Part shown: in pieces, positions 12,801 through 20,110 of the stretch
Position numbering within the stretch: position 1 is the stretch's first letter
Layout: every line of letters starts with the position of its first letter
IMG/VR virus record: IMGVR_UViG_3300043568_000902
From: an uncultured virus (IMG/VR IMGVR_UViG_3300043568_000902)
Lineage: Duplodnaviria; Heunggongvirae; Uroviricota; Caudoviricetes
DNA length: 60,685 nucleotides
Direction: 5' to 3' (one strand)
Notes under the pieces: generated by a model
Database searches by the model: none
Seen by the model: only the letters and a program-made list of their open reading frames with translations
Told to the model about the DNA's origin: nothing
Program-made: the position numbers and the translations under genes

Positions 12801-14581
12801 AGAGTATTCCAATTGAGGGTAAGTCTATGCTAAAAGCTGACTTGGTTTCTAAAGATATTCCTAGAAGTATGCTGCGCTATATGGCTTCTCTTGAGAAACA
12901 TAAAAAGCTTGTTGAAATAAGTCCTGTTGCAACAGCATTACAGGAGTATATGGTTGATCCTATTACTGGTAAAAACAAATCTATAGGGCAACTGCTTAAA
13001 GAAAAGCTTACTCTAAGACCTGGAAGTATCATTATTGATGGCGGAGACCGCGAAGATAAAGATAAAAAGAGACGCAATAGAGCACGTGGTATCAGAGAAG
13101 AAGCTATTAATGCATTAATTAATAAAGAATTCTATGGTCAAATCCACAATGATAAGTGGGGAGGTGATTCTGCATTCTTAAATAACTTCTCAGCCTTTTT
13201 ATCTAAGGCTGCGTCATTCTCATTCTTTGCTTTAGATATACCTAGTGCTTTAGTCAACTACTTTGATGCTAAGATTCAAAATAAAATTGAAGCATACGGT
13301 AGTAAGTACATGAACCCAATTACTTATAACATGGGTAATATTTGGGCAGGTAAAGCAATGACAATGATTAGCGCCGAAGTATACAGCACTGGCCCTAAAT
13401 CTACAACAGTTCAACTTGTAGAATTAATTGACCCAGGTCAAGACTTCCTAAAGAAATCAATAGATGATCCAATGAGTAGACATATATTAGGAGATTTAGC
13501 TAAGCTTAATTTCTTAATGAGTCCTCGTAAATGGTTAGAGTTTCAAGCATCACTTTCAATTATGGGAGGTATGATGCATCATCAAAATGTTGAACAAATA
13601 GTTGATGGCGAGCCAAGAAAAATACGCTATATTGATGCATGGGAAAAAGATGCTAGTGGTTATTTAAGACTAAAAGACGGTATAGATAAGAAGTGGGATC
13701 GTGATGGCGAGGCATTCAAAGACTTTAGAATTAAAGTTCAACAAGTTGTGAATAACGTCAATGGAGCATTTGCTGATTTTGACCAGCCACTTGCGTCTAA
13801 GTTCCTTATCTATAGACAAATTGCATTCTTACAAAAGCACTTTACCACAATGTTCATGAACCACTTTGCATTTAGAGGTGGCTTTAGATCTCTATTTGGT
13901 AAAACAGGCGGTCTTGAAAGATATGATTGGGGTACACAAGATGTAGGCATGGGTTACTTTATTAGAACTCTTAACTATCTTCTTAACGGATTTAGAACTC
14001 TAGGTCAAAGCTACATATACATGTCTAAGGAAGAAGCATATGCAATCTTTAAAACATTGCGTTGGATGGCATCATTGTATATCACAAGCTTGATTAAATC
14101 AATGTTCTTTGGCTATGATGATGAAGACAAAGATCGCTTTAAGAAAATGTATAAAAGAAGTGGACCTCTTCCTATATTTGGTGCTAAGTATAACACCGGT
14201 TATAAAAGAGCAGCTAAATTTAATCCGCAAGGTTGGGTTATGAATAACTTATTGTATGTTGCAATTAGAGCTCAAGATGATACAGAAGAGTGGATGCCAC
14301 TACCAGGATTTGGTATTGGTAACTATACCGATATGATGTCATTAAAAGGTGGAGCTATGATGAAACCTACATTAAGTGCATATGCCGAAATTCTTACAGG
14401 ATTAACTGGCTTAATTATGGGTGATGAAGATATTTACTATAAGCAAGAATCAGGTGCATACCCTTGGTTAAAAGAAGGTAAGCCTAAGTTCTTGAAACCA
14501 TTAGCTGGTACAGTAGGTATTACCGCAGGTACTACTGACCCAGGTGCTAAGATTGAAGTTTTTGAAGGATATGATAAATAA
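6875..14581 (+). CDS. Giant virion/ejection protein with zincin-like HExxH domain
   Basis: 2568 aa directly after the vRNAP. HEFSH at 9317-9331 with downstream EE; helical coiled-coil body. Position matches crAss-like co-ejected proteins. Confidence 0.7.
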   Translation: MNICPNQNSREWKNLENSIGKVHTMTYWMSTGGELKDDPIMVLNELAEYYPEKKDVYEALSYNLRSRTENPETINYVLKTAATLLTDKAVEVFKKGTKNNWPIDKILTELQISKEQKQLVKDSGATDIDGILTYLTNNYSFGVELRTAYTNIDPRGLLSDDENDAIMEEPVPTNEYGYLSVPGGINYQEVRVVAPNILPKIKGHAAFAKDNDIGWLRIDDENPIGTLEGEPLKEDFVFNSNGNYIKKGTSIKDGYISIYDKNNNIEYELYNVEFDTHDYNYAKSDFVSLYGNKAYHKIIKALANFQQVEPIGNKILRVLELQSDLFQKGRDERELVDYEDEEYAFTNRQNSEWVALREIQDSDPLMYEEGMEELKKDMDVFYTKQHSKNKFLQLLNKDNTWITVFVKGIIQDAAKKGYNKILFPLGDTAAKVEGHDTLENFKRTKQNQIDRINREIANYKANPSYAIAEWNDNMGVGENQVTYFADGRYLYSIIDGVTEVEETFDDPRFAEDAAIVKNEESQKEKESLEKTPDSVKLKEVIESLESEKAVYEQELARVEGPEGFGALRPIYNFYENTIANILKKQGYNPTLYTDNHGNSWNEVKLNNQRDTQPIQFNSRMTPNQFRKFLNEKYGRKVGKMHFIDGDNSNYTNVRNAIAMYNNERGGFYVELLPTKTNTDFYKQSYFIKTYKNGKGSANQPSGFTIDNFLDAINTVEAEEFKLRDLNAEAVTNLQSGNINVGELDRAQASQLVAKIAKSIGLTNQDGTAAFNVVTLEQAKLITAGAKNELANAPAFVYNNQVYIVEGNLTSENIFHEFSHPFVKALLAYNPALFDNLYNKAWKEFNDSAYADVFRKEYDYLVEGTDSFKEEVIVKTLTRYAQMKLANIPVKKSFADFVNNIMYGIKQMLKALIGKKVNVSELSPTTSLADLANKMLTEEFEIDSAIVGQKDFIDANRRIKLELDEYIEVLNEKIGDPKNNILLQRNLDRFFNVVNTQIQKLLNEKKYADLAGLLVDEFDSKDLQNIRSNISKYTDTIITKAKEVMDENLQNKNKSIAFVNGLRRLEYITNKLHNAIETNIEDLSNIDNLYRVKYYNDFITSYDNFMKVLRKDLLAMKIPTNSPIFGLVNTINANIDAARLASHDIYGEGLLDTFWDIVKPTADKIDERHEKRMEYLKSRNAPERVLKLEQASYDSIKLSKESFKSILDGEMDDAGMLNTLLEGYLYNQDPLVGSFALYVKKNFVEVQNNIQMNKTRFMSEVVPALEKAGFNAFNLTLNADKLLHLDYKGIKENGDLIKTPVWTLLSQFKDYNWWLAEQKFKIAKLNDEYLSDQTDEKKDILNKAKEDFARDLKLYFHQQFKPEYYDREELFERDAVGREAKRLRDEIYDELGQIDESVRNGFEVKDETKRREDALRKLRELSSITDRFGKLKPKFERDIAERLKEYKELSQDLFTWRERSGVFLNDIKDYEDQLILEGLERTDEEFIDKRENFILKNTRIAIKPEFNIFVGTLYERLKELEEKKNAVNKDRIEASLKAKLEKKGVSDNIISQVTTVSDVYSIISDLSSIYKDEDRQTVAGDMTASAIETIKSLEEVLDEVRLESYTYRNLSEEEAEYLSDYFIRLKEFDLGIIETEAEKGTPEYDAEMEKISDELTEEYKYVQELIEKQKDNGLTKKENTEYNKILADLKALRSKNPTQYYLDIYNNYLTTIDTGFIEDELDTNIVDSENADSFLRVDIVDEIKSQNSEFAEWFDKNHILTEKYDKAEGEYVEGYRRLSVWEYTLPNDPEYYETTEIPSADGSEIVTIIGQPSLKYFMREVRPEFKTTKVFAGEVDENGRRLTPNVDNKGHWLPKTVAQGAPANSPFLNPEYERLRKDDPNAFEALNVLTDYYLSIQEGVEDGVKLYLEIPRFTPDSKENLATVAASEDRKNLFKRWWYNTKGFFVRTAESAQEDGLNWQNTEAIPDELEFFVDKSKSIPIEGKSMLKADLVSKDIPRSMLRYMASLEKHKKLVEISPVATALQEYMVDPITGKNKSIGQLLKEKLTLRPGSIIIDGGDREDKDKKRRNRARGIREEAINALINKEFYGQIHNDKWGGDSAFLNNFSAFLSKAASFSFFALDIPSALVNYFDAKIQNKIEAYGSKYMNPITYNMGNIWAGKAMTMISAEVYSTGPKSTTVQLVELIDPGQDFLKKSIDDPMSRHILGDLAKLNFLMSPRKWLEFQASLSIMGGMMHHQNVEQIVDGEPRKIRYIDAWEKDASGYLRLKDGIDKKWDRDGEAFKDFRIKVQQVVNNVNGAFADFDQPLASKFLIYRQIAFLQKHFTTMFMNHFAFRGGFRSLFGKTGGLERYDWGTQDVGMGYFIRTLNYLLNGFRTLGQSYIYMSKEEAYAIFKTLRWMASLYITSLIKSMFFGYDDEDKDRFKKMYKRSGPLPIFGAKYNTGYKRAAKFNPQGWVMNNLLYVAIRAQDDTEEWMPLPGFGIGNYTDMMSLKGGAMMKPTLSAYAEILTGLTGLIMGDEDIYYKQESGAYPWLKEGKPKFLKPLAGTVGITAGTTDPGAKIEVFEGYDK

Positions 14582-14599
14582 TTTTATTATCTTATATAT

Positions 14600-15145
14600 A
14601 TGAAACAATACACTTACAAAGAACTAGAAGCAAAATTTGTTGAACTAGGTTACCAATGGCCAACTCTTCACTTGGTGGGAGTAAGATCTGCCGCTAATGA
14701 GAAGAACAAGTTTGATGATACCATGTATCTTGTAAACGGTCTTATCATGAGTCCTTACAGTTGCACTACTAATCCTGGTACACACTGGTTAAAGAACTTG
14801 CTTAATCCTAAAGGAGCAGCATTACTTAAACCAGGACAGTATGTTGATGCTTACCAATTAGGATTACACCAAGGTAAGTATGAAGCGTTAGTACAACGTA
14901 AACCTGTAACTGTATACCGTGATGGTGACAAGGATGATGTAGCTGAAGAGACCTCTACAGAACAAACAGGTTTATTTGGTATTAACATTCACCGTGCTAA
15001 TCCTAATGCTGTATCTAGCATTATAGATAAGTGGTCAGCAGGATGTCAAGTACTTAATGATCCTAAGCAATATGCTACATTGATTGCAGCTTGTAAAGCA
15101 TCAGGTAAGAAGGCATTTACTTATACCCTATTAAGAGAGTTCTAG
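14600..15145 (+). CDS. Putative endolysin, L,D-transpeptidase (YkuD)-like Cys/His fold
   Basis: GINIHRA...WSAGCQV (H...SxGC) motif; upstream of holin- and spanin-like genes. Confidence 0.65.
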   Translation: MKQYTYKELEAKFVELGYQWPTLHLVGVRSAANEKNKFDDTMYLVNGLIMSPYSCTTNPGTHWLKNLLNPKGAALLKPGQYVDAYQLGLHQGKYEALVQRKPVTVYRDGDKDDVAEETSTEQTGLFGINIHRANPNAVSSIIDKWSAGCQVLNDPKQYATLIAACKASGKKAFTYTLLREF

Positions 15146-15897
15146 TGAAAAACTTATCAAAAGAAGAGCTGCTCAGTAGATTAGAAGCAATTAACAGAAG
15201 TAACGCTATTATCTACTTTGATCTCAATGGATACATCCTAGGGGTGAATCCTATATTCTTAAAAGCAATGGGCTTTCAAGAAAATGAGCATGCTCAACTA
15301 ATTGGTAAGCATCATAGCATTTTTGTAGACTATAACTATTCAAAATCTGAGGAGTATAAAAAGTTCTGGGACACACTAAGAGAGGGTAAGTTTTTTGAAG
15401 GAGAGTTTGAAAGAAAAAAAATAGACGGGGCTCCCATTTACTTACAAGCTACATACAATCCTATTTTAGATGAAAGCGGTACTATAACTAAAATAATGAA
15501 GATTGCTACTGACATTACACCTATGGTAAATAGTAAAAATACAGTAGATGCTCTTTCAAAAGATTTGCAGATTGAGTTAAAAAAATCACAGGATCTTAAA
15601 AATTCAATAGAGATAGAAAAGGATGCAGCTTTGAATGACTTGGATATAGTAATGAAGAAAAGTCAAAGTGAGTTAATAAAAGTCATTGTTAAAGTTGCGT
15701 TGTCCGTTATAGTAGGAGTTGGGGTTATTACAACAATACTATATTGGATGGCAATAGTTATGAGCAAAGACACACAAATAATTGGTTCAACTTGGAGTAA
15801 TATGTTTAGTGTCTTATTAACAAATGCCTTTTCAATAGTTGGAACTATTATGGGAATCAAGTATGCTACTCAAGAAGGGAGTAAAGAAAAAAAATAA
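15145..15897 (+). CDS. PAS-domain + coiled-coil + 2-TM membrane protein
   Basis: N-terminal PAS/PAC resembling cytoplasmic chemoreceptor PAS repeats (IIYFDLNG..N..FL..MG..LIGKHHSIF..YKKFW..L..G..GEFER..G..IYLQATYNPI.D..G...KIATDIT). Two hydrophobic C-terminal helices. GTG start overlaps the endolysin TAG. Confidence 0.85.
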   Translation: MKNLSKEELLSRLEAINRSNAIIYFDLNGYILGVNPIFLKAMGFQENEHAQLIGKHHSIFVDYNYSKSEEYKKFWDTLREGKFFEGEFERKKIDGAPIYLQATYNPILDESGTITKIMKIATDITPMVNSKNTVDALSKDLQIELKKSQDLKNSIEIEKDAALNDLDIVMKKSQSELIKVIVKVALSVIVGVGVITTILYWMAIVMSKDTQIIGSTWSNMFSVLLTNAFSIVGTIMGIKYATQEGSKEKK

Positions 15898-15916
15898 TAA
15901 ATAAAAATATAATAAA

Positions 15917-16228
15917 ATGAAAGAGTTTTTCTATGACCTATTTAGCAATAAGTCTTCTCTCTCAAGTAAGAGAGTCTTATCTGCACTTACATTATTAAAT
16001 ATTATTATCTTAGCATACGTTGCTACTTTCCGTAATGATGATCATATCACACCGGAGTTTATGTTTGACGCTCTATGTCTAATAGCAGGCGGAGGACTAG
16101 GCTTAACGGTTATTGAGAAGATCTTTGATAAAAAGAAAGAAGTACCAGTACCAGCTCCAGTACAACCGGCTCCTGAGCCACAACCTGAGATTACTTATGA
16201 CACAGCGCCAACTGAAGAAACTGTATAG
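15917..16228 (+). CDS. Putative holin (2 TM, SSKR motif)
   Basis: 103 aa, two hydrophobic segments, SSKR before TM1, charged Pro-rich tail; lies in the lysis cassette. Confidence 0.6.
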   Translation: MKEFFYDLFSNKSSLSSKRVLSALTLLNIIILAYVATFRNDDHITPEFMFDALCLIAGGGLGLTVIEKIFDKKKEVPVPAPVQPAPEPQPEITYDTAPTEETV

Positions 16229-16562
16229 TGATATAGCTGTAGCAGTAACCTTAGTAACAATTGTAGCCTTTATCGCAATATTGCAATATAAGAATAAGGT
16301 AAAAGATCTTAAGATAGAAGACCTTAAGCGTCAAGCTTATGCCGATGATGTAAGAGATAGTATCTTAGTAGATTCTTTAAAGCTAAAGATTCTCCAAGAT
16401 AGCTTGGCAATTGTTGATATTCAACGAGTTAACTATATAAACACTATAAATCAACAAGATGACAAAGACAAAGGTAATCGGGATATTCTTATTGCTGCTA
16501 TCCCTAACGCAGATGATGAACAGCGTGACCATATATGGGCAGCTTACTCCCCAAAGAATTAA
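16197..16562 (+). CDS. Putative i-spanin-like membrane protein
   Basis: ATG at 16197 (MTQRQL...), N-terminal TM followed by coiled coil; overlaps the next gene. Confidence 0.45.
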   Translation: MTQRQLKKLYSDIAVAVTLVTIVAFIAILQYKNKVKDLKIEDLKRQAYADDVRDSILVDSLKLKILQDSLAIVDIQRVNYINTINQQDDKDKGNRDILIAAIPNADDEQRDHIWAAYSPKN

Positions 16563-16923
16563 GTACAATGACACCAAAGGTATCTTCTTCACAGATAAAC
16601 AAGAGGAGATCTTGCTTAAATCTATTGTGGACTATGACTACTTGCAGAAAAGCATTGCAGGTAAAGACAAGATTATTAAGACCCAAGAACTCCGCATTCT
16701 TGATAAGGAGTTTGAGATCAAAAAGATGGCTGGATACCTGGATGCAGCAAACCAAAGAACAACAGAGTGCCTTGATAGAAACTTTGTTTTACAATCAAAC
16801 CTGGTAGAAACCAGGGATTCCCTACATATATCGCAAGGTAATCTTGGTGTGGCTAAAAGAAATAATTGGATATTCGGAGGAATCTCCGTATTTTTATTAA
16901 GTATACTTATTATAACAAACTAA
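16459..16923 (+). CDS. Putative spanin-like protein (signal peptide, coiled coil, C-terminal TM)
   Basis: Hydrophobic N- and C-termini; overlaps the previous gene in another frame; no lipobox Cys seen. Confidence 0.45.
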   Translation: MTKTKVIGIFLLLLSLTQMMNSVTIYGQLTPQRIKYNDTKGIFFTDKQEEILLKSIVDYDYLQKSIAGKDKIIKTQELRILDKEFEIKKMAGYLDAANQRTTECLDRNFVLQSNLVETRDSLHISQGNLGVAKRNNWIFGGISVFLLSILIITN

Positions 16924-16935
16924 AACATATATAAA

Positions 16936-17103
16936 ATGGCAACAAACAATTACATGCCTCAAGGGCGTACTCCACGTAGTGGCGGAGCAGGTGTAAACAC
17001 TTACAAAAAAGGCGGTATTGCCAAAATTGCAGGTGTTATGTCTAAAGGTGGTAGCAAACCTAAAGTTACTATGAGAAAAGGTGGTATGAAAAAAGGATGT
17101 TGA
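16936..17103 (+). CDS. Small basic Gly/Lys-rich protein with KGG repeats (55 aa)
   Basis: Manually translated: MATNNYMPQGRTPRSGGAGVNTYKKGGIAKIAGVMSKGGSKPKVTMRKGGMKKGC; A-rich leader. Confidence 0.65.
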   Translation: MATNNYMPQGRTPRSGGAGVNTYKKGGIAKIAGVMSKGGSKPKVTMRKGGMKKGC

Positions 17104-17249
17104 TGAACAACGATTATCAATTTCTTAAAGCTCAAGTAAAAGCATTTCATCCACAATGGTCAGATGAGCAAATAGATGCTGAATGCAAAAAAATATTAGC
17201 CGGTAACAGCGAAGATGCTGATGACGGCTGCTTATACTGTGGATCTTAG
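17103..17249 (+). CDS. 48-aa protein ending in acidic CxxCGS
   Basis: Manually translated: MNNDYQFLKAQVKAFHPQWSDEQIDAECKKILAGNSEDADDGCLYCGS; TGATG coupling to the previous ORF. Confidence 0.65.
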   Translation: MNNDYQFLKAQVKAFHPQWSDEQIDAECKKILAGNSEDADDGCLYCGS

Positions 17250-17274
17250 TAATTAACAATTAAAAAATAAAACA

Positions 17275-17496
17275 ATGGACAAATCAAAGAGAGTAGCAAA
17301 CAAAATTAACCGTTTATCTGAGCGTAGAGAAAAAAATGCTAATATAATATTAGATAATTCTGGCAGCGGCAAGAACCAAGGCAGAGCAATGAAAAGGTTT
17401 GATAAGCTTGATGCTAAAATCAGTAAACTTGCTGAAAAGAATAAGATTAGCTCACCTACTATGAAAAGAGGTGGTCAAATGAAAAAGAAAAAGTAA
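17275..17496 (+). CDS. Small basic protein
   Basis: 73 aa, Lys/Arg-rich, ends MKRGGQMKKKK. Confidence 0.6.
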   Translation: MDKSKRVANKINRLSERREKNANIILDNSGSGKNQGRAMKRFDKLDAKISKLAEKNKISSPTMKRGGQMKKKK

Positions 17497-17807
17497 TGGC
17501 AAAAAATCTTAAAAAATATCAAACTCCAGGTTCTGTGGTTCTGTCACCACCAAAAAGAACTAGAACAGTAGTTGTATCACCTGATGGTGAGTATAGAACT
17601 ACAAGTAAAACTAAAAATACTGCTAATTCTTATAGTGAATCATCAAAAACTAGACGTACTGCTAAAGGTTTTTTAAAAGGGGCTGAAAAGGTTAACATGA
17701 TGCAACCTCCAATTAGCAGCCCTGAACCTTCTTCTCCTAGACCTATTACAGCAATGGATCAGGTAGATAGAATAGAAAAAGCAAAACTTGGTAAAATTAA
17801 AAAATAA
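17496..17807 (+). CDS. Basic low-complexity protein
   Basis: 103 aa, TAATG coupling. Confidence 0.6.
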   Translation: MAKNLKKYQTPGSVVLSPPKRTRTVVVSPDGEYRTTSKTKNTANSYSESSKTRRTAKGFLKGAEKVNMMQPPISSPEPSSPRPITAMDQVDRIEKAKLGKIKK

Positions 17808-18085
17808 TGGTACTAGATATAGAAACAGTTAAAGTAATTCAGTCGTTAGTAACTGAGTTAAATACAACAGCTACATTTCTTACTAAACTAAAAGAAAGTA
17901 AAGAAATTTCTTTTACTGTTGGTGGTATTACTACTAGAATACTAGCTAGAGATGAGGAAGCATTTAAACCTATCTTTGAAGCTATTTTAGAAAGTAATAA
18001 TAAAAAAATGTTTGGTCTTAGAGATAGAATTGCAAACCTGTTAGACTTTGATAAATTTGAAGAAGCAGCAAAAAGAGAATTATAA
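17807..18085 (+). CDS. Hypothetical protein
   Basis: 92 aa, TAATG coupling. Confidence 0.6.
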   Translation: MVLDIETVKVIQSLVTELNTTATFLTKLKESKEISFTVGGITTRILARDEEAFKPIFEAILESNNKKMFGLRDRIANLLDFDKFEEAAKREL

Positions 18086-18087
18086 TT

Positions 18088-18225
18088 ATGGCAAAATTAG
18101 CAACTGTAAAAAGCAATTCCCCTAAGCGTACTAAAGTTAGCCGCCCAGGGGTTATTGCAAAAACTAAAACTAGTAGATTAAAATCTAGTAAGAACTATAA
18201 GAAAGCTTATAGAGGTCAGGGTTAA
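18088..18225 (+). CDS. Small basic protein ending KKAYRGQG (45 aa)
   Basis: Manually translated; YRGQG C-termini recur in small phage proteins; last gene before the strand switch. Confidence 0.6.
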   Translation: MAKLATVKSNSPKRTKVSRPGVIAKTKTSRLKSSKNYKKAYRGQG

Positions 18226-18605
18226 ACACCCAAGACCTTACTAATATTAGGCTTGAAGTAATTCTTCCCCTTAAGGATCTTCCCATCTTCTCTGAGGATG
18301 GGTTTTCCATTTTCATCCAGCTTGCTCATGTTAGATCTGTGGATCTCTGTGAAGACTTCTTCAATCCGGTCTTGTAAGCCATGCTTAAGAATAGTCCCGT
18401 AAATGATATAAAGCTGGTCACCAAGAGCATCTGCAATACCCACCAAGTCATCATGACCACAAGCTTCAAGGTACTCGTTATTCTCTTCTTCCAAGAGCCT
18501 GTGACGTAACTCATATTGTTCAGGTGTTAGCTGTTTGTAATCTTGTGGGTCAGGCATGTTAAACGCGGTATGGAACTCCGCTACCATATCTATAAACTTC
18601 TTCAT
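18222..18605 (-). CDS. MazG-like / PRA-PH-like NTP pyrophosphohydrolase
   Basis: LLEEENNEYL..ADALGDQLY..EIHRSNMSK..REDGKILKG motifs. Confidence 0.85.
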   Translation of the reverse strand: MKKFIDMVAEFHTAFNMPDPQDYKQLTPEQYELRHRLLEEENNEYLEACGHDDLVGIADALGDQLYIIYGTILKHGLQDRIEEVFTEIHRSNMSKLDENGKPILREDGKILKGKNYFKPNISKVLGV

Positions 18606-19105
18606 TAATATCCTTTATCGCCGTTAGTATTATATCTCACCTTATCTATATCATTATCATTACCGGCCATCTTTACAAGACCAAGCATATCAGTGTTCTT
18701 AGTGTAGTCACTAGTCCACATAGATAATCTATCTACAGATTCTTTATTGTACAACTTAGCCTTAGCATATGCTTCTTTAAGCTTACAGTGTCTTTCAGCT
18801 TTTTGATTTAACATAGCCTCTAGTAAGATAAGGTAATTAATTACATCACCAATCTTTTCAGATACTACACTAGCATCAAGCGGTTTATTATCAGCTACTA
18901 TATCTTTAATAGAAACTAAATGCTTAGTCATGTAACTCCATAATACTTCAGCTGATGTGCTGTGGAGGGAAAATCCCCCCGCAGCTTCATCAAAGTTTCT
19001 GAATACATTATCATCTGCAGCATATTCTTTATGCTTAGTTAGTAGAGTCTGGCGGATTAGGTCAATCCGCTTCTCTACTCTTCTGCTAAAATCTTCTCTT
19101 GTCAT
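18605..19105 (-). CDS. Nucleotide-modification-associated (DUF1599/Nmad1-like) all-alpha protein
   Basis: K..EYA...F.NF...K...D.INYLILL pattern. Confidence 0.5.
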   Translation of the reverse strand: MTREDFSRRVEKRIDLIRQTLLTKHKEYAADDNVFRNFDEAAGGFSLHSTSAEVLWSYMTKHLVSIKDIVADNKPLDASVVSEKIGDVINYLILLEAMLNQKAERHCKLKEAYAKAKLYNKESVDRLSMWTSDYTKNTDMLGLVKMAGNDNDIDKVRYNTNGDKGY

Positions 19106-20109
19106 AAGTCAGGTAATTCAAATGTCGGTAATTCTTCAACACCAAAGTTAAAGAATTCCTCTTTATGTTCTACCACTTCTTCTTGAATTTCTTCTTGAAC
19201 AAGTAAGCTTAAATCATCTTCTATGACATCTGTAGGAGACGTTAATTTAGGCGCCTCTTCTACTTCCTCAATGACATCAAAGATATTAAGTTGATTAGTA
19301 GGTTCTTGTACATCCTCCTGTACAGAATCTTGTACAATTCCATACTCCATAGGGGTATCCATAGGTACACTCATCTGTGTTAAAGTAGTTAACGCAAAGT
19401 GTTTGTTAATAAGTTTGTGGCATTCTGATTGGTCCTCAAACCAGTTCTTAGGATGTGACATACGCAATGCAGTAGCTACAGAATTGTAGAAGTTCCATGC
19501 ATTATGCCATTTAGTGTTGTCCAATAGTACAACTTCTCCAATAAGACGATCACGTACTGCAGAGGCCTGCTCCTTATTAAGACATTGCTTTTCAATAAAC
19601 ATGCGACCTACTAACTCAGAGTAGGTACGTAGAGTACCATACTGATTAACAAGGTTATCTCTTGACTCAAGTAACTCAGCATAGTGAACATTGGCCATGT
19701 TAAGTTGAGTCTGAATCATAGCGATAGCTTCTTCATCAGCTTTACCTGTATGCTTTCTAGCATAGCTAGACAAGTTACCGGCGAAGATGTAGTTACCAGT
19801 TCTTGGTATATATGCACCAACACCACACTTAAATCTCATAGACTTGTCATATGAGTTACCCCACACAAACATCATCTTCATATCAGGATCAGTCCCTTGG
19901 TCTAGGATATACATCCCGTTTGCAACATTACCGCCAATACTTGCACGGTATAATTCTGTTTCTATATTAAAACCACGGATAGCAAGTTCTTCATGAACTT
20001 TATCTATAATAGACTTGTGGCTAATAGGAGTATAACGCCCCCCGTGAGTGGGGAGCGCTACACTTTCTAAGTACTCTCTGGTAATACCAGTAGGAATTCT
20101 TTTACTCAT
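19102..20109 (-). CDS. DUF932-like protein with acidic tail
   Basis: YTPISH, NSYDKS, RKHTG, W.FYN.V motifs. Confidence 0.6.
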   Translation of the reverse strand: MSKRIPTGITREYLESVALPTHGGRYTPISHKSIIDKVHEELAIRGFNIETELYRASIGGNVANGMYILDQGTDPDMKMMFVWGNSYDKSMRFKCGVGAYIPRTGNYIFAGNLSSYARKHTGKADEEAIAMIQTQLNMANVHYAELLESRDNLVNQYGTLRTYSELVGRMFIEKQCLNKEQASAVRDRLIGEVVLLDNTKWHNAWNFYNSVATALRMSHPKNWFEDQSECHKLINKHFALTTLTQMSVPMDTPMEYGIVQDSVQEDVQEPTNQLNIFDVIEEVEEAPKLTSPTDVIEDDLSLLVQEEIQEEVVEHKEEFFNFGVEELPTFELPDL

Positions 20110-20110
20110 T

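Noticed and set aside
642..13077. Short - strand ORFs within the two giant genes
   Set aside because: Antisense shadows of real CDSs with Ser/Leu/Phe-rich composition.
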